Counted from the first letter of the stretch, positions 45,790 through 56,215 are shown. The stretch is 64,000 bases of DNA from an uncultured Gemmatimonadales bacterium (GCA_963851265.1 CAWKNZ010000002.1:96001-160000); one strand, 5' to 3'. Notes: a model not told the origin generated them from the sequence alone. Made by a program: numbers and translations.

Positions 45790-46013
45790 CCCAACGCGCA
45801 CCCGAGCCGTTCACCCGTCCGCCGTTCACCCACCCCCGCGTCCGGGATCTGGCCGCGTTCCTGGACGACAGGGAGGGGCGGGCGACGGGGCTGCTGGCCG
45901 GGGCGATGGACGAGGCGCGGGCGTCGGGCGCGACCGAGTCGGAAACGTCGAGCGTGCGGCCGCGGCTCGACACGGTGCGGATCGAACGCCCGGACCCGGC
46001 GGGTACGGCATGA
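45786..46013 (+). pseudogene. Short ORF, possible truncated DinB-like remnant
   Basis: HPRVRDLAAFLD..EGR..LL..ETSSV resembles pieces of DinB-like proteins (from memory); GTGA/ATGA overlaps on both sides. Confidence 0.35.
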
Positions 46014-46375
46014 GCGCCGCCACGGCCGACCTCACCTTCCGCGAGCTGCTCGACTACACGGCGGAGGAGACCGCGCGCTGGGCCGAGTACTGCGCGGCGC
46101 ACCCGCAGGCGCTCGACTTCCCGTTCGCGGCCGGGCGCGACGCGCGTGCGCGCCTCGAACGCTTCGTCGAGACGGCGAGCGACGACGACCTCGCGCGCCG
46201 TCTCACGTTCGAGACGATCAGCGCCGGCACCCAGAGCGCGAGCGCGCGCAAGATCGTCGGGCACGCGCTGCTCCACGCCGTGCGCACGTGGGCACAGCTC
46301 GCCACCGTGGTGCGGCAGCACGGCGCGCCGACCCGCGGCCGACACGATCTACTGCTCTCGGACGCGCTGGTCTGA
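46010..46375 (+). CDS. DinB/YfiT-family protein, apparently internally shortened
   Basis: LTFRELLDYT.EE..RW, RK..H.LLH..R.WAQLA..RQ.G...HDLL; only 121 aa. Confidence 0.6.
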   Translation: MSAATADLTFRELLDYTAEETARWAEYCAAHPQALDFPFAAGRDARARLERFVETASDDDLARRLTFETISAGTQSASARKIVGHALLHAVRTWAQLATVVRQHGAPTRGRHDLLLSDALV

Positions 46376-46464
46376 CGCGCCCGTCTGCCGCCCCGATCTG
46401 CGGCACCTCGGGCGCGCCGGGCCGGGCGCGCGGGGGGCTCGGCGCTCGTCGTTAGCTTCCGGGG

Positions 46465-47268
46465 ATGCCGCCCGCCCCGCTCCCCACGCCCGCCGCCCTC
46501 TGGTTCGTTCGCCACGGCGAGAGCGCCGCCAACGTCGCCCGCGAGGCCGCGTTCGCCCGCGACGCGGAGGAGGTGGACATGGACGTGCGGGACATGGACG
46601 TTCCGCTCTCCCCGCTCGGCGAGCGGCAGGCGACCGCGCTCGGGCACTGGTTCGCCGAGCGGCCCGAGGCCGAGCGGCCGACCGTCGTCATCGCCTCGCC
46701 GTACCGCCGCGCGCGCGAGACGGCGGCGCGCATCGTCGCGGCCGGCGGGACCGCGACCGGCCCGCTCGCCGACGACGAGCACGCCGAAGACCGCCTCCTC
46801 CTCGACGAGCGGTTCCGCGAGAAGGAGCTCGGCCTGTATTACCGGATCACCTACCGCGGCGTGCAGCGCCGCTTTCCCGAGCAGTGGGCGCTGCGGCAGG
46901 AACTCGGGCTGTTCTACTACCGGCCGCCGAACGGCGAGAGCGGCGCCGACGTCGCGTTCCGCGTTCGCGCCGGGCTGGACGCGGTAGCGCGCGAGCACGC
47001 CGGCGCGCGCGTGCTCGTCGTCTGCCACCAGGTCACCATCCTCTGCGGGCGCTACGTGCTCGAGCGCATGACCGAGGACGAATTGCACCGGGCGTGGCGC
47101 GCCTACGACCTCGCCAACTGCTCGGTGACCGAGTACCGGCCGGACGCCGCGCACGGCGGGCGCCTCGCGCTTCGCCGGCTCGGGTTCACCGTGCCCGTGC
47201 TGTCGGAGGGGGTGCCGGTGACCGCCGAGCCGCACCCGACGGGCGGCGCGCCCGTCGGCCCCGCGTGA
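46465..47268 (+). CDS. Histidine phosphatase family protein
   Basis: FVRHGES, SPYRRARETA, REKELG, PNGES, LVVCH, NCSVT. Confidence 0.92.
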   Translation: MPPAPLPTPAALWFVRHGESAANVAREAAFARDAEEVDMDVRDMDVPLSPLGERQATALGHWFAERPEAERPTVVIASPYRRARETAARIVAAGGTATGPLADDEHAEDRLLLDERFREKELGLYYRITYRGVQRRFPEQWALRQELGLFYYRPPNGESGADVAFRVRAGLDAVAREHAGARVLVVCHQVTILCGRYVLERMTEDELHRAWRAYDLANCSVTEYRPDAAHGGRLALRRLGFTVPVLSEGVPVTAEPHPTGGAPVGPA

Positions 47269-47286
47269 GTCGCGCGTGAGTCGCGC

Positions 47287-47877
47287 GTGAGCCACATGAG
47301 CCGCACGCGGTTCGCGCTCCCGCAACTCGCGCTCGTCGCGGGCACCGTCGTGCTCACGATCGCGTTGGGCGCGTGGCAGGAGCGACGCCGCGGCGGGTCC
47401 GACGACGGTTCGGCCGCGGACGCGCGGGCTCTCACGCTGGAAGCAGGGCCCGGCGCGGGGATCGTCGCGCTCCCGGTGCGCGCGGCGGACGGTCGCTCGG
47501 TCGCGCTCACCCGGCTGGGCGTGCCCGCGGTCGTGATGGTGGTCTCGACGACGTGCGGCGTGTGCAAGGAAGCGCTCGCCGACTTCGGGCGGACCGCCGC
47601 CGGACGCGCGCTGCCCCGACTCTACGTGCTCACGCTGGAGGGAGCGGGCGAGGGGCCCGCGCTCACGGCGCGGGCGGGGGTGCGCGGGGCGGCGTACGTC
47701 GGGCCGGCGAGCCCAGCGTCCGAGATCTACTTCACCACCGCGATCGCCGGAACGCCGACGTTCGTCGCCCTCGACTCGGCCGGGCACGCGACGCGCGTGC
47801 TGCCGGGCTACCCGGGACTCGGCGCGATGCGCGGCTGGATGGCGGTGATGGACGGGACGCGAGCGGTGGTGGACTGA
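47287..47877 (+). CDS. Membrane-anchored thioredoxin-fold protein
   Basis: N-terminal TM, CGVC, GTPTFVALD..G. Confidence 0.7.
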   Translation: MSHMSRTRFALPQLALVAGTVVLTIALGAWQERRRGGSDDGSAADARALTLEAGPGAGIVALPVRAADGRSVALTRLGVPAVVMVVSTTCGVCKEALADFGRTAAGRALPRLYVLTLEGAGEGPALTARAGVRGAAYVGPASPASEIYFTTAIAGTPTFVALDSAGHATRVLPGYPGLGAMRGWMAVMDGTRAVVD

Positions 47878-47929
47878 GGTGGTGGGTGAGCGCCCATGGG
47901 GGGCGCGCGGTTACGTCGAACTCCTTGTC

Positions 47930-49705
47930 ATGTCATCGTTTCGTCTGACCTCGGTGGCGGCTGCGGCCGTCCTGTTCGCGGCGTGTGCGCCAGCCCGCAC
48001 GCCGTCTACCACGCCGGCGCCGGTCGCCGCCCCCGCCTCCCCGCCCGTCGCGACCGCGCCGCCCCCGCCCGCGCCGGTCGCTCCCCCCGCGCGCGGGGGG
48101 GCCGATACCCTGGCCGGGCCGCCTGTCGACTGGCAGCTGCTCGACCCGGCGACCGACGGCGTGCCCGGCACCGGGGCCGCGCGGGCCATTCGTGAACTGC
48201 TGCGCGGGGCGGCCCCGCGACGCGAGGTCGTGGTGGCGGTCATCGACGGCGGCGTCGACACGGCGCACGTCGCCCTGCGGGGCGTGCTCTGGACGAACCC
48301 GCGCGAGCGCGACGCCGCGCACGGCGACGCCGACGGCGACGGACTCGTGGGCGACGTGCACGGGTGGAACTTCATCGGCGGCCCGGACGGACGCGACGTC
48401 AACCACGAGCGTCTGGAGCTCACGCGGCTGGCGATCGCGTGTCGCGCGGGCCGCCCGGTGCCGTCGGGGCCCGGGGTGAACGCGACGTGTACGGAGTTGG
48501 AGCGGCGCTACGACGACGCCCGGCGGCGCGCGGCGGCGCAACGGCAGCAGTACGAGGCCATCGGTCAGGCCTTCGACAGCGCGGCGTCCGTGATCGCCGC
48601 CGCGCTCCACACCGCGCCCGACTCGCTCACCGCCGCGCGCGTGCACGCCTACGCCCCGACCACCGAGGCCGGCCGCCAGGCCAAGACGCAGTACCTCTTC
48701 CTCGCCGACCAGGGTGTGACGCCGACCGACCTGCGCGAGGCGCGGCAGCAGGTGGCCGACCAGGCGCGTTACGACCTCAACCCGGACTTCGACCCGCGCC
48801 CGCTCGTCGGCGACACGCCCGCCCGCGGGCGCCGCTACGGGAACGGCGACGTCGAGGGGCCCGACCCGACGCACGCGACGCACGTGGCGGGGATCATCGC
48901 CGCGCTGCCCGTCGCGCCACGCGCCGCGGGCCCGGCGACGACGCCGTCGACCGGGGGGGCGGCCAAGGGCGACGCGCCCCAGGGCCCGGCCGTCGCCGCC
49001 GACAGCGGCATGCGCGGGATCGCGCCCGCGGGCGCGGTCCGCATCATGTCGGTGCGCACCGTGCCTAACGGAGACGAGCGCGACAAGGACGTCGCCAACG
49101 CGATCCGCTACGCCGTGGACCACGGCGCGCAGATCCTCAACATGAGCTTCGGCAAGGCGTACTCGCCCGAGAAGGCGGCCGTGGACAGCGCGGTGCGCTA
49201 CGCCGACGCGCACGGCGTCCTGATGGTGCACGCGGCGGGCAACGAGGCGGCCGACAACGACCGCGACGGCCAGTACCCGGTGCCCCAGTACGTGGGCGGC
49301 GGGCGCGCCGCGAACTGGATCGAGGTCGGCGCGTCGACCTACCGGCGCGACCGGCTGGCCGCGCGCTTCTCGGACTACGGGCAGCGCACGGTCGACCTGT
49401 TCGCGCCCGGCGGCGAGGTGTATTCCACACTTCCCGGTAACAAATACGGTCGCGAGAGCGGGACGAGCATGGCCACGCCCACCGTGGCCGGGGTCGCGGC
49501 ACTGCTCATGGCGTACTTCCCCACGCTCACGGCGGCCGACGTGAAGCGGATCCTCGTCGCGACCACGACGAAGTTCCCGGGCCTGACGGTGCCGCGCCCC
49601 GGCGACGGGACCCCGGTGCCGTTCGCCTCGCTCTCGATCGCGGGCGGCGTGGTGAACGCGTACGAGGCGGTGCGCATGGCGCAGCAGGCGGCGACGGCGC
49701 AGTAG
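47930..49705 (+). CDS. S8 subtilisin-like serine peptidase lipoprotein
   Basis: FAAC lipobox; VIDGG, HATHVAG, AAGN, SGTSMATP. Confidence 0.93.
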   Translation: MSSFRLTSVAAAAVLFAACAPARTPSTTPAPVAAPASPPVATAPPPPAPVAPPARGGADTLAGPPVDWQLLDPATDGVPGTGAARAIRELLRGAAPRREVVVAVIDGGVDTAHVALRGVLWTNPRERDAAHGDADGDGLVGDVHGWNFIGGPDGRDVNHERLELTRLAIACRAGRPVPSGPGVNATCTELERRYDDARRRAAAQRQQYEAIGQAFDSAASVIAAALHTAPDSLTAARVHAYAPTTEAGRQAKTQYLFLADQGVTPTDLREARQQVADQARYDLNPDFDPRPLVGDTPARGRRYGNGDVEGPDPTHATHVAGIIAALPVAPRAAGPATTPSTGGAAKGDAPQGPAVAADSGMRGIAPAGAVRIMSVRTVPNGDERDKDVANAIRYAVDHGAQILNMSFGKAYSPEKAAVDSAVRYADAHGVLMVHAAGNEAADNDRDGQYPVPQYVGGGRAANWIEVGASTYRRDRLAARFSDYGQRTVDLFAPGGEVYSTLPGNKYGRESGTSMATPTVAGVAALLMAYFPTLTAADVKRILVATTTKFPGLTVPRPGDGTPVPFASLSIAGGVVNAYEAVRMAQQAATAQ

Positions 49706-49846
49706 GGCGGAGCCGCCCGCCGCCCGACGTGGCTGCGCGACGTGGCCGCATGCGAGAGAGCCGTACGTCCGCGTCGACGCGCGGTCCCCACGTCCCGGGG
49801 ATCCGACGCGTCGCGCGGACCGCTCGGGTCGCGTGCGCGTTAGGCG

Positions 49847-50131
49847 CTACGCACGGAACGCGATGACGATCGAGGCGGCCGCGAGCACCAGGGCGACGCC
49901 GATGAGCACGCGCTGCGCCAGCGGGTGACGGACGCCGGTCAGCCCGCCCACCGCCATGCACAGCAGCCCGGCCGGCAGCACCCACCCGTACGGATGCGGG
50001 CGCGAGAACCGCACCGAGTGCGACAGGAACAGGCCCAGGTCCACGATCGCGATCACGAGCAAGGCCCAGTAGAGCGGGCGCAGCTGGCGGGCCTGTGTGG
50101 CGCGCGACTCGGCGGTGGTGGGAGACGTCAT
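49847..50131 (-). CDS. Small three-TM membrane protein
   Basis: Three hydrophobic helices; follows the RNB gene on the same strand. Confidence 0.65.
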   Translation of the reverse strand: MTSPTTAESRATQARQLRPLYWALLVIAIVDLGLFLSHSVRFSRPHPYGWVLPAGLLCMAVGGLTGVRHPLAQRVLIGVALVLAAASIVIAFRA

Positions 50132-50204
50132 GGGGCGGGAAGGGGGCGGGAGAATGGGTGGCGGGCACCGAACGCGGAGCGCGCGTGCGACCGCCCATGA
50201 AATG

Positions 50205-51716
50205 TCACCTGGTGCGCTCGAAATCCACCCACCCGCGCGCCGGGTCCACCGCGACGAGCCGCACGCTCGTCGCGTCGCCCACGTCCAGCCCCGCCGCCCC
50301 GTGCACCACCCGTCCCTCGACCGGCGGCGACGCGACGCGTACGTACGTCCCGTTCGACTTCGCCCCGGTGACCACCGCGCGGAACGTCTCGCCCACCCGC
50401 CCGGCCAGCAGCGCCGCCGCGGCCTGCTTGCGCGTCAGCCGCTCCACCTTGCGCGCGGCGTTCTCGCGCTCCGTGCAGCGGGCCGCGATCGCGGTCAGTG
50501 CGTCGTCCGCGTAGGGCCGATCGCCGCCCGCGCCCGCCGCGCGCGCGAGCATGTACTTGACCAGCCGTTGCGTGACGAGGTCGGCGTAGCGTCGGTTGGG
50601 TGCGGTGCCGTGCGTGTAATCCTGCGCGGCGAGCCCGAAGTGGTTGAGCGTCGTGTCGCCCGGCTGCTCGACGGCGTACTCGCCCGGGCCCAACAGCTTG
50701 ACCACCGCGAGCGAGAGCTCGCCGTACGCCTCCGGGTGCGCCGCGCGCTGGCGCCCGAGGAACGCCGAGAGCGCGGCGGGGTCGGCCGCGTCGGGGAGCG
50801 CGTCGCCGCGCGCGCGGGCGAGCGCGACGATCCGGTCCCACCGCTCGGGGATGCGCACCACGCGCCGGATCGACACCACGCCCGCCGCCTCCAGCCGCTC
50901 CGCGACGACGCTGTTCGCCGCCACCATGAAGTCCTCGATGAGGTCGCGCGCGCGCGACTTCGGCGTGACCGTGAGGCCGGTGACGGTCCCGCCCTGCACC
51001 ACCGGGCGCGCCTCGATCGTTTCGAGCTGCAGCGCACCGCGCGCGACGCGCTGCGTGCGGAGCCGCCGCGCGGTCGCGTCCTGCAGCCGAAGCTGCGCGT
51101 CCATGCGCGGCACGCGCGCGACCGCGTCCGGCGCGCCCGCGCCCCCCTCGAGCCACGGGCCTAACGAATCGTAGGCCAGCCGCGCGTGGTTGACGGTGCG
51201 GGCGAGGTACACGTCGCCGTCCGCCACCGAGCCGTCCTCGGCCGCGACGAATTCGACCACGAGCGTCGCGCGGTCCGCGTCGGCGTTGAGCGACGTGCGG
51301 TCGGTCGAGAGCGCCTCGGGAAGCATCGGGAACGTGACGAGCCCCGTGTAGACGCTCGTCGTGTTCACCCCGGCGTGCCGGTCGAGCGCCGAGTCGCGCG
51401 GAACGAGCGCGTCGACGTCCGCGATCCCGACGCGCACCCGCACCCGGCCGTCGGGGAGCGACTCGGCCACCTCCACCTGGTCGAGGTCGCGCGACGACGC
51501 GTCGTCGATCGACGACCAGGGCAGCGCGCGCAGGTCGCGCACCGGGATCCCCGCGAGCGGCGCGACCCCGCCCGGGTTGGGGCGCCCCGCTTCGATCGCG
51601 GCCAGCTCCGCGCGCGCCGCGTCGTCGAGGTCGGGAACGAAGCCCGCGTCGAGCGCCGCGGCCCGTGCGGCGGCGCGCAGGTCGAACCCCGCGTGCCCGG
51701 GCGCGCCCGCGGCCAT
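50205..51716 (-). CDS. RNB-domain ribonuclease (compact RNase II/R family)
   Basis: SIDDASSRDLDQ, IADVD, TSVY..FPMLP, LIEDFMVAAN, HFGLA..YTHGTAPNRRYADL. Confidence 0.9.
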   Translation of the reverse strand: MAAGAPGHAGFDLRAAARAAALDAGFVPDLDDAARAELAAIEAGRPNPGGVAPLAGIPVRDLRALPWSSIDDASSRDLDQVEVAESLPDGRVRVRVGIADVDALVPRDSALDRHAGVNTTSVYTGLVTFPMLPEALSTDRTSLNADADRATLVVEFVAAEDGSVADGDVYLARTVNHARLAYDSLGPWLEGGAGAPDAVARVPRMDAQLRLQDATARRLRTQRVARGALQLETIEARPVVQGGTVTGLTVTPKSRARDLIEDFMVAANSVVAERLEAAGVVSIRRVVRIPERWDRIVALARARGDALPDAADPAALSAFLGRQRAAHPEAYGELSLAVVKLLGPGEYAVEQPGDTTLNHFGLAAQDYTHGTAPNRRYADLVTQRLVKYMLARAAGAGGDRPYADDALTAIAARCTERENAARKVERLTRKQAAAALLAGRVGETFRAVVTGAKSNGTYVRVASPPVEGRVVHGAAGLDVGDATSVRLVAVDPARGWVDFERTR

Positions 51717-52969
51717 CAGACGAACGCCCCGATGCCGGTGAGCGCGCGCCCGACGATCAGGCTGTTGATCTCGTTCGACCCCTCGTACGAGTAGATGGCC
51801 TCGGCGTCGGCGAACAGCCGCGCCGCGCCGTGCTCCAGGAGGATGCCGTTGCCGCCCATCAGCTCCCGCGCGAGCCCGACCACCTCGCGGCAGCGCGCCG
51901 CGCAGTACTGCTTCGCCAGCGCCGAGCGTTCGTCGCGCATCCCCTCGGCGTCCTGCAGGCGCGCGGCCTGGAGGGCCATGCCGAGAATCGCGGTCAGGTT
52001 GCCGACCATCTTGACGAGCATCACCTGCACCAGCTGGAACGACCCGATCGGCCTGCCGAACTGCGTGCGCTCCGCGGCGTAGCCTAACGCGGCCTCGAAC
52101 GCGCCCATCGCGCAGCCCACCCCCTGCCACGCCGTGCCGCAGCGCGCCATGCCGAGCACCTGCTGCGTCGCGGCGAAGCCGTCCGCCTTCTGCAGGCGGT
52201 CGCTCTCGGGCACGCGCAGGTCGCGGAGCGTGATGAGGCCGTTCTGCACCGTGCGCTGCGCGATCTTCCCGCGCATCGTCTCGACCTCGTAGCCCGCGCG
52301 GTGCGTACGGCCGTCGTCGTGTTTCGTGCGGACGATGAAGCCCTTGACCTTCTGCGAGTCCTCGTCGCGCGCCCAGACCACGACCACGTCGCCGAACGTC
52401 GCGTTGCCGATCCACTTCTTCTGCCCGTTCAGGACCCACGCGTCGCCCTCCCGCCGGCACGTGGTCGTGAGGCCGCGCGCGACGCCGCTCCCGACCTCGG
52501 GCTCGGTGAGGCCGAAGCCGCCGATCAGCTCCCAGCGCCGCAGCTTGGGCAGCCACTCCGCCTTCTGCTCGTCGCTCCCGTGCATCGCGATCGACCCCAT
52601 GCAGAGGCCCGCGTGCACGCCGTAGAACGTGGCCATCGACGGGTCCACGCGCGCGAGCTCGCCCGAGATGAGGCAGTCGCGCACCGTCGCGTTGGGCACG
52701 GCCGGGTCGTAGGCGTCGCGCAGCAGGTCGAGCGCGACGAAGTCGGGAACGATCTGGTGGTAGAACTCGGCGCGCTCCCAGTGGTCGTCGGCGATCGGGC
52801 GGACGCGCGTTTCCATGAACTCGCGCACGCGGAGCCGCATCGCGTTCTCGTCTGCCGTGAGCGTGGCGAACCAGCCGTACAGGTCGGCCGCCGCGTCGCG
52901 CGGCAGGGCGCGCGGCCCGGGGGTGCGCGCGGCCACCTGGCCGTCGGCGAGGGGCGGGGCAGTCGTCAT
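51716..52969 (-). CDS. Acyl-CoA dehydrogenase (glutaryl-CoA dehydrogenase-like)
   Basis: FGLTEPEVGS, LNGQKKWIGN, RTQFGRPI, MGGNG, YSYEG. Confidence 0.92.
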   Translation of the reverse strand: MTTAPPLADGQVAARTPGPRALPRDAAADLYGWFATLTADENAMRLRVREFMETRVRPIADDHWERAEFYHQIVPDFVALDLLRDAYDPAVPNATVRDCLISGELARVDPSMATFYGVHAGLCMGSIAMHGSDEQKAEWLPKLRRWELIGGFGLTEPEVGSGVARGLTTTCRREGDAWVLNGQKKWIGNATFGDVVVVWARDEDSQKVKGFIVRTKHDDGRTHRAGYEVETMRGKIAQRTVQNGLITLRDLRVPESDRLQKADGFAATQQVLGMARCGTAWQGVGCAMGAFEAALGYAAERTQFGRPIGSFQLVQVMLVKMVGNLTAILGMALQAARLQDAEGMRDERSALAKQYCAARCREVVGLARELMGGNGILLEHGAARLFADAEAIYSYEGSNEINSLIVGRALTGIGAFV

Positions 52970-52991
52970 CACGGGCGTGGTGAATGAGAGA

Positions 52992-53783
52992 TCAGATGAG
53001 GTAACCGCCGTCCACCACGTACACCCCGCCCGTGCAGTACGCCCCAGCATCGGAGGCGAGAAAGAGGGCGAGCCCCGCCACGTCGTCCGCCCGCCCCACG
53101 CGCGGGAGTGCCTGCCGCGCGAGCGTGCGCTCGAGAATGCGCTCGTCGCCCCAGAGCGCCTCCGAGAACTTGGTCTGGATGAGCCCCGGGCAGATCACGT
53201 TCGCGCGCACGCCGGCGCCGCCCCACTCCTGCGCCATCACCTTCGTGAGCGAGATGAGCGCGGCCTTGCTCACCGAGTAGAGGCCGAGCCCGGGCTCGGG
53301 CGAGACGCCCCCGATGCTCGAGATGTTGACCACCGCGCCGTGCCCGCGCGCCTGCATGGACGGGTAGGCCGCGCGCGCGGCGGCGAGCGGGCCCTTCACG
53401 TTGACGGCCATGATCTTGTCGAACGCGGCGTCGTCGGCGTCGAGCACCGGGCCGAAGATCGGGTTCACCGCCGCGTTGTTCACGAGGATGTCGATCCCGC
53501 CCCAGTGGGCGAGGGCGCGCTCCACGAGCGCGGCGGCCTCGCCCGGGCGCCCCACGTTGGCGGCGATTCCGATCGCCTCGCCGCCGGCCGCGGCGATCGC
53601 GTGCGCGACCTCGTCGACCGCCTCCTGCTTGCGGCTGCTCACGACCACCCTGGCCCCCGCCTCGCCGAACGCGCGGGCCATCGCCTCGCCGATCCCCTTG
53701 CTCGCGCCGGTGACGACGGCGACGCGCCCGTCCAGCCGGAACCGCGGCGCGAGCGATCCGGTCTGCGCCGGCGGCGCCGTCAC
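52992..53783 (-). CDS. Short-chain dehydrogenase/reductase (DHRS4-like)
   Basis: TGASKGIG, NNAA, YSVSK, PGLIQTKFS, VDGG. Confidence 0.93.
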   Translation of the reverse strand: MTAPPAQTGSLAPRFRLDGRVAVVTGASKGIGEAMARAFGEAGARVVVSSRKQEAVDEVAHAIAAAGGEAIGIAANVGRPGEAAALVERALAHWGGIDILVNNAAVNPIFGPVLDADDAAFDKIMAVNVKGPLAAARAAYPSMQARGHGAVVNISSIGGVSPEPGLGLYSVSKAALISLTKVMAQEWGGAGVRANVICPGLIQTKFSEALWGDERILERTLARQALPRVGRADDVAGLALFLASDAGAYCTGGVYVVDGGYLI

Positions 53784-54415
53784 GCCAGCACCCCGGCCAG
53801 CGCGAAGCGCACCGCACCGTCGACGTAGCGCGCGCGGTCGAGCCGCCGGTCGAGGCGGTCGGCGATGATGGTCGACACGGTGCCGTGGAGCGCGGCCCAG
53901 AGCGCGGTGGTCACGAGCGGGACGTCGTCGGGCGAGGAAGTGCCTAACGCGGCGCGGCACTCCGCGACGAGCCCGCCCATCAGGTCGAGGTTGCGCCGCG
54001 CGCGGCGGAACAGCTCCTTCGGGTAGCGCGCCATCCGGTCGGAGTGGAACATGTACATGATCTCGTAGAACTCCGGGTTGGCGAGGCCGAAGGCGACGTA
54101 CGCGTGGCAGACCGCCTCGAGCCGCGCCGCCGCCGGCGCCCCCGCCCCCTCCTCGGCGAGTTCGACCATCCGCCGGTGCCACCGCGCGAAGCCCTCGTCC
54201 ATGAGCGCGTGCACCAGCGCGTCCTTGCTCGCGAAGTACAGGTAGATGCTGCTCACGCTGCAGCCCACCGCGCGCGACACGTCGCGCATGCTGAGGTCGC
54301 GGTAGCCCTCGCGCACCAGCAGCTGGCGCGCGGCGTCGAGGATCGCGGTGCGCAGATCCACCTCGCGCTCGCGGCGGGGTGGGGGCGGGGCGGGGGCGGG
54401 CAGGGCGGTCGACAT
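53780..54415 (-). CDS. TetR/AcrR family transcriptional regulator
   Basis: ILDAA..L..GY..SMR.V..IYLYFASKDAL; LWAALHG. Confidence 0.93.
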   Translation of the reverse strand: MSTALPAPAPPPPRREREVDLRTAILDAARQLLVREGYRDLSMRDVSRAVGCSVSSIYLYFASKDALVHALMDEGFARWHRRMVELAEEGAGAPAAARLEAVCHAYVAFGLANPEFYEIMYMFHSDRMARYPKELFRRARRNLDLMGGLVAECRAALGTSSPDDVPLVTTALWAALHGTVSTIIADRLDRRLDRARYVDGAVRFALAGVLA

Positions 54416-54504
54416 CGACGGCGGCGAACGGCGTTCGGGACGGGCAGGCGTGCGATAGCGTACGGGCCGGGGCGACGGGGTGTCAAGCTGCGTAGGATTC
54501 CGGC

Positions 54505-55011
54505 GTGCCAGCCCCCGCCACCGCGCCCGCCGCGGCTCTCTCGCCTGTCGCGCCGCCGCGCGTCTACGTGCTCGCGCTCCTCTTCACCGCGGACCGCGGT
54601 CGCGTGGTGCTCGTTCACAAGAGCCGCCCGGCTTGGCAGGCGGGGCGCGTGAACGCGCTCGGTGGCAAGCTCGATCCGGGCGAGTCGGCGACCGACGCCG
54701 CGCGTCGCGAAGTTCGCGAGGAGGCCGGCGTCGACGTCGCGGGCTGGGACGAGTTCCTCGTCTGGGAGGACCCGCAGTACCGCATGCACGCGTGCCGCGC
54801 GTTCGACGCCGCGGCCGAACGGGCGTACACGGCCGAAGACCAGGCCGTGTTCCTGGCCGACGCGGGCGCGCTACCGCCCAACGTGATCGACAACCTGCGA
54901 TGGCTCGTTCCACTCGCGCTCGACTTCGACGTCGCCACGCCGATCCGCGTGCGGAGCGCGAATCCGGCCGGCTCCGGACTGACGGAAGCTGTGACTATCA
55001 ACGCGATGTAG
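54505..55011 (+). CDS. NUDIX hydrolase
   Basis: GGKLDPGESATDAARREVREEAGV Nudix box. Confidence 0.9.
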   Translation: MPAPATAPAAALSPVAPPRVYVLALLFTADRGRVVLVHKSRPAWQAGRVNALGGKLDPGESATDAARREVREEAGVDVAGWDEFLVWEDPQYRMHACRAFDAAAERAYTAEDQAVFLADAGALPPNVIDNLRWLVPLALDFDVATPIRVRSANPAGSGLTEAVTINAM

Positions 55012-55213
55012 CGGGGGCGTTACCTGATGCACGATCGTGGTAACACGTGCCGACAAACATTCGTACGGCGCGCAACTGCGTGCGATCCGAAGTCACAGAT
55101 GGGTCATCGGCGTTTGATGAAGTTTCATGACAGCCATATCGTCGCGTGCCCGACTGCAGGGGAAATGCCTCCTGCCGCCGCGCGCTCGTCATGTCCCTTC
55201 ATGGAGGTCGGTG

Positions 55214-56002
55214 ATGTTCCGCACTACCGTTCGTCCGTCGTCCGCTTCCGCGGCGCAGCGTTCGCGAGGCGTCGTACGCTCCCGCGCGGTCGCGTCCGCA
55301 CTCGTGGCCGCCACCGCGGCCCTGTACGCCGCGCCGGCATTCGCGCAGGACCCGCCGCCGGGCGCGATCCTCAATCTTGCGACGGCTAACCCCGGGCTCG
55401 TGCTCAACGGATACCAGCAGTTCACGACGAGCTTCGTTGCCACGGGCACGAGCACGACCGTGGCGTGGGCGTTCCGCGAGGTGCCCGCGTTCTTCGCGTT
55501 CGACGACGCGTCCGTAACCATGGCCGGCAGCACGAACAACCTGCTCACCGACCCCGGGTTTGAGCGCGCGACCGTCGGCGTGAACATTCCCGACGACGGC
55601 TGGTACCGCTTCATCCAGCCCGTCGACGTGAGCGCGATCGGGACCGTGTCGTCCACCACGTCGTCCTATGGGTGCCCGCCGAACCTGGCGCATAGCGGCA
55701 ACGTTTTCTGGTGCGACGGCTCGGTCGAGGGATACGACGGGCTCTACCAGCTCATCGCGACCACCGTCGGTCAGACCTACAACGTCAGCTTCTGGCTCGG
55801 GGACAACTCCGGCTCAGTGCTGACGGCGCCGACGATCAACGCACTCGTCTACGCCGGCCTCGACCTGCCCGGCGGCACGATCCCCGTCGGTCCGACTCCG
55901 CCCCCGGTGACCAGCACCCCCGAGCCGGCGACGATCGCGCTCGTCGGCGCGGGGCTCCTCGCCCTCACCGAAACCGCACGGCGCAAGCGTCAGCAGAGCT
56001 GA
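55214..56002 (+). CDS. PEP-CTERM sorting-domain surface protein
   Basis: GGAGG RBS; signal peptide AFA-Q; TPEPATIALVGAGLLAL..RRKR. Confidence 0.88.
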   Translation: MFRTTVRPSSASAAQRSRGVVRSRAVASALVAATAALYAAPAFAQDPPPGAILNLATANPGLVLNGYQQFTTSFVATGTSTTVAWAFREVPAFFAFDDASVTMAGSTNNLLTDPGFERATVGVNIPDDGWYRFIQPVDVSAIGTVSSTTSSYGCPPNLAHSGNVFWCDGSVEGYDGLYQLIATTVGQTYNVSFWLGDNSGSVLTAPTINALVYAGLDLPGGTIPVGPTPPPVTSTPEPATIALVGAGLLALTETARRKRQQS

Positions 56003-56215
56003 CCCCGGCCGCGGGCGCGCCCGCGCCCGGACCCGGGCCCGGGCCCGAACACGCGAACGGGACGGACCTCGGCACTGGCCGGGGTCCGTCCCGTTCGCCT
56101 GTGTGGCTATCCCGCGCGGCGGCCGACGCGCCCCGTAGCCGACGTGCCCCGTAGCCGACGCGCCCGGCACGCGTCCCGCATCGGTCGGAAGGCGTTCACC
56201 CTCTACCGACCCGCT

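Noticed and set aside
47262..47293. 11-bp tandem repeat CGCGTGAGTCG (about 3 copies); also a 15-bp duplication near 56130-56160
   Set aside because: Short slippage duplications at gene junctions with no spacers; not CRISPR
51478..51516. RNB motif DLDQ instead of DxDD as a sign of inactivation
   Set aside because: To my knowledge DLDQ is common in compact RNB proteins; the other three Asp residues are present
55012..55213. Sigma-54 promoter or riboswitch upstream of the PEP-CTERM gene
   Set aside because: AT-richer with a small inverted repeat (ATGAA-GT-TTCAT) but no convincing GG-N10-GC promoter or known aptamer recognised
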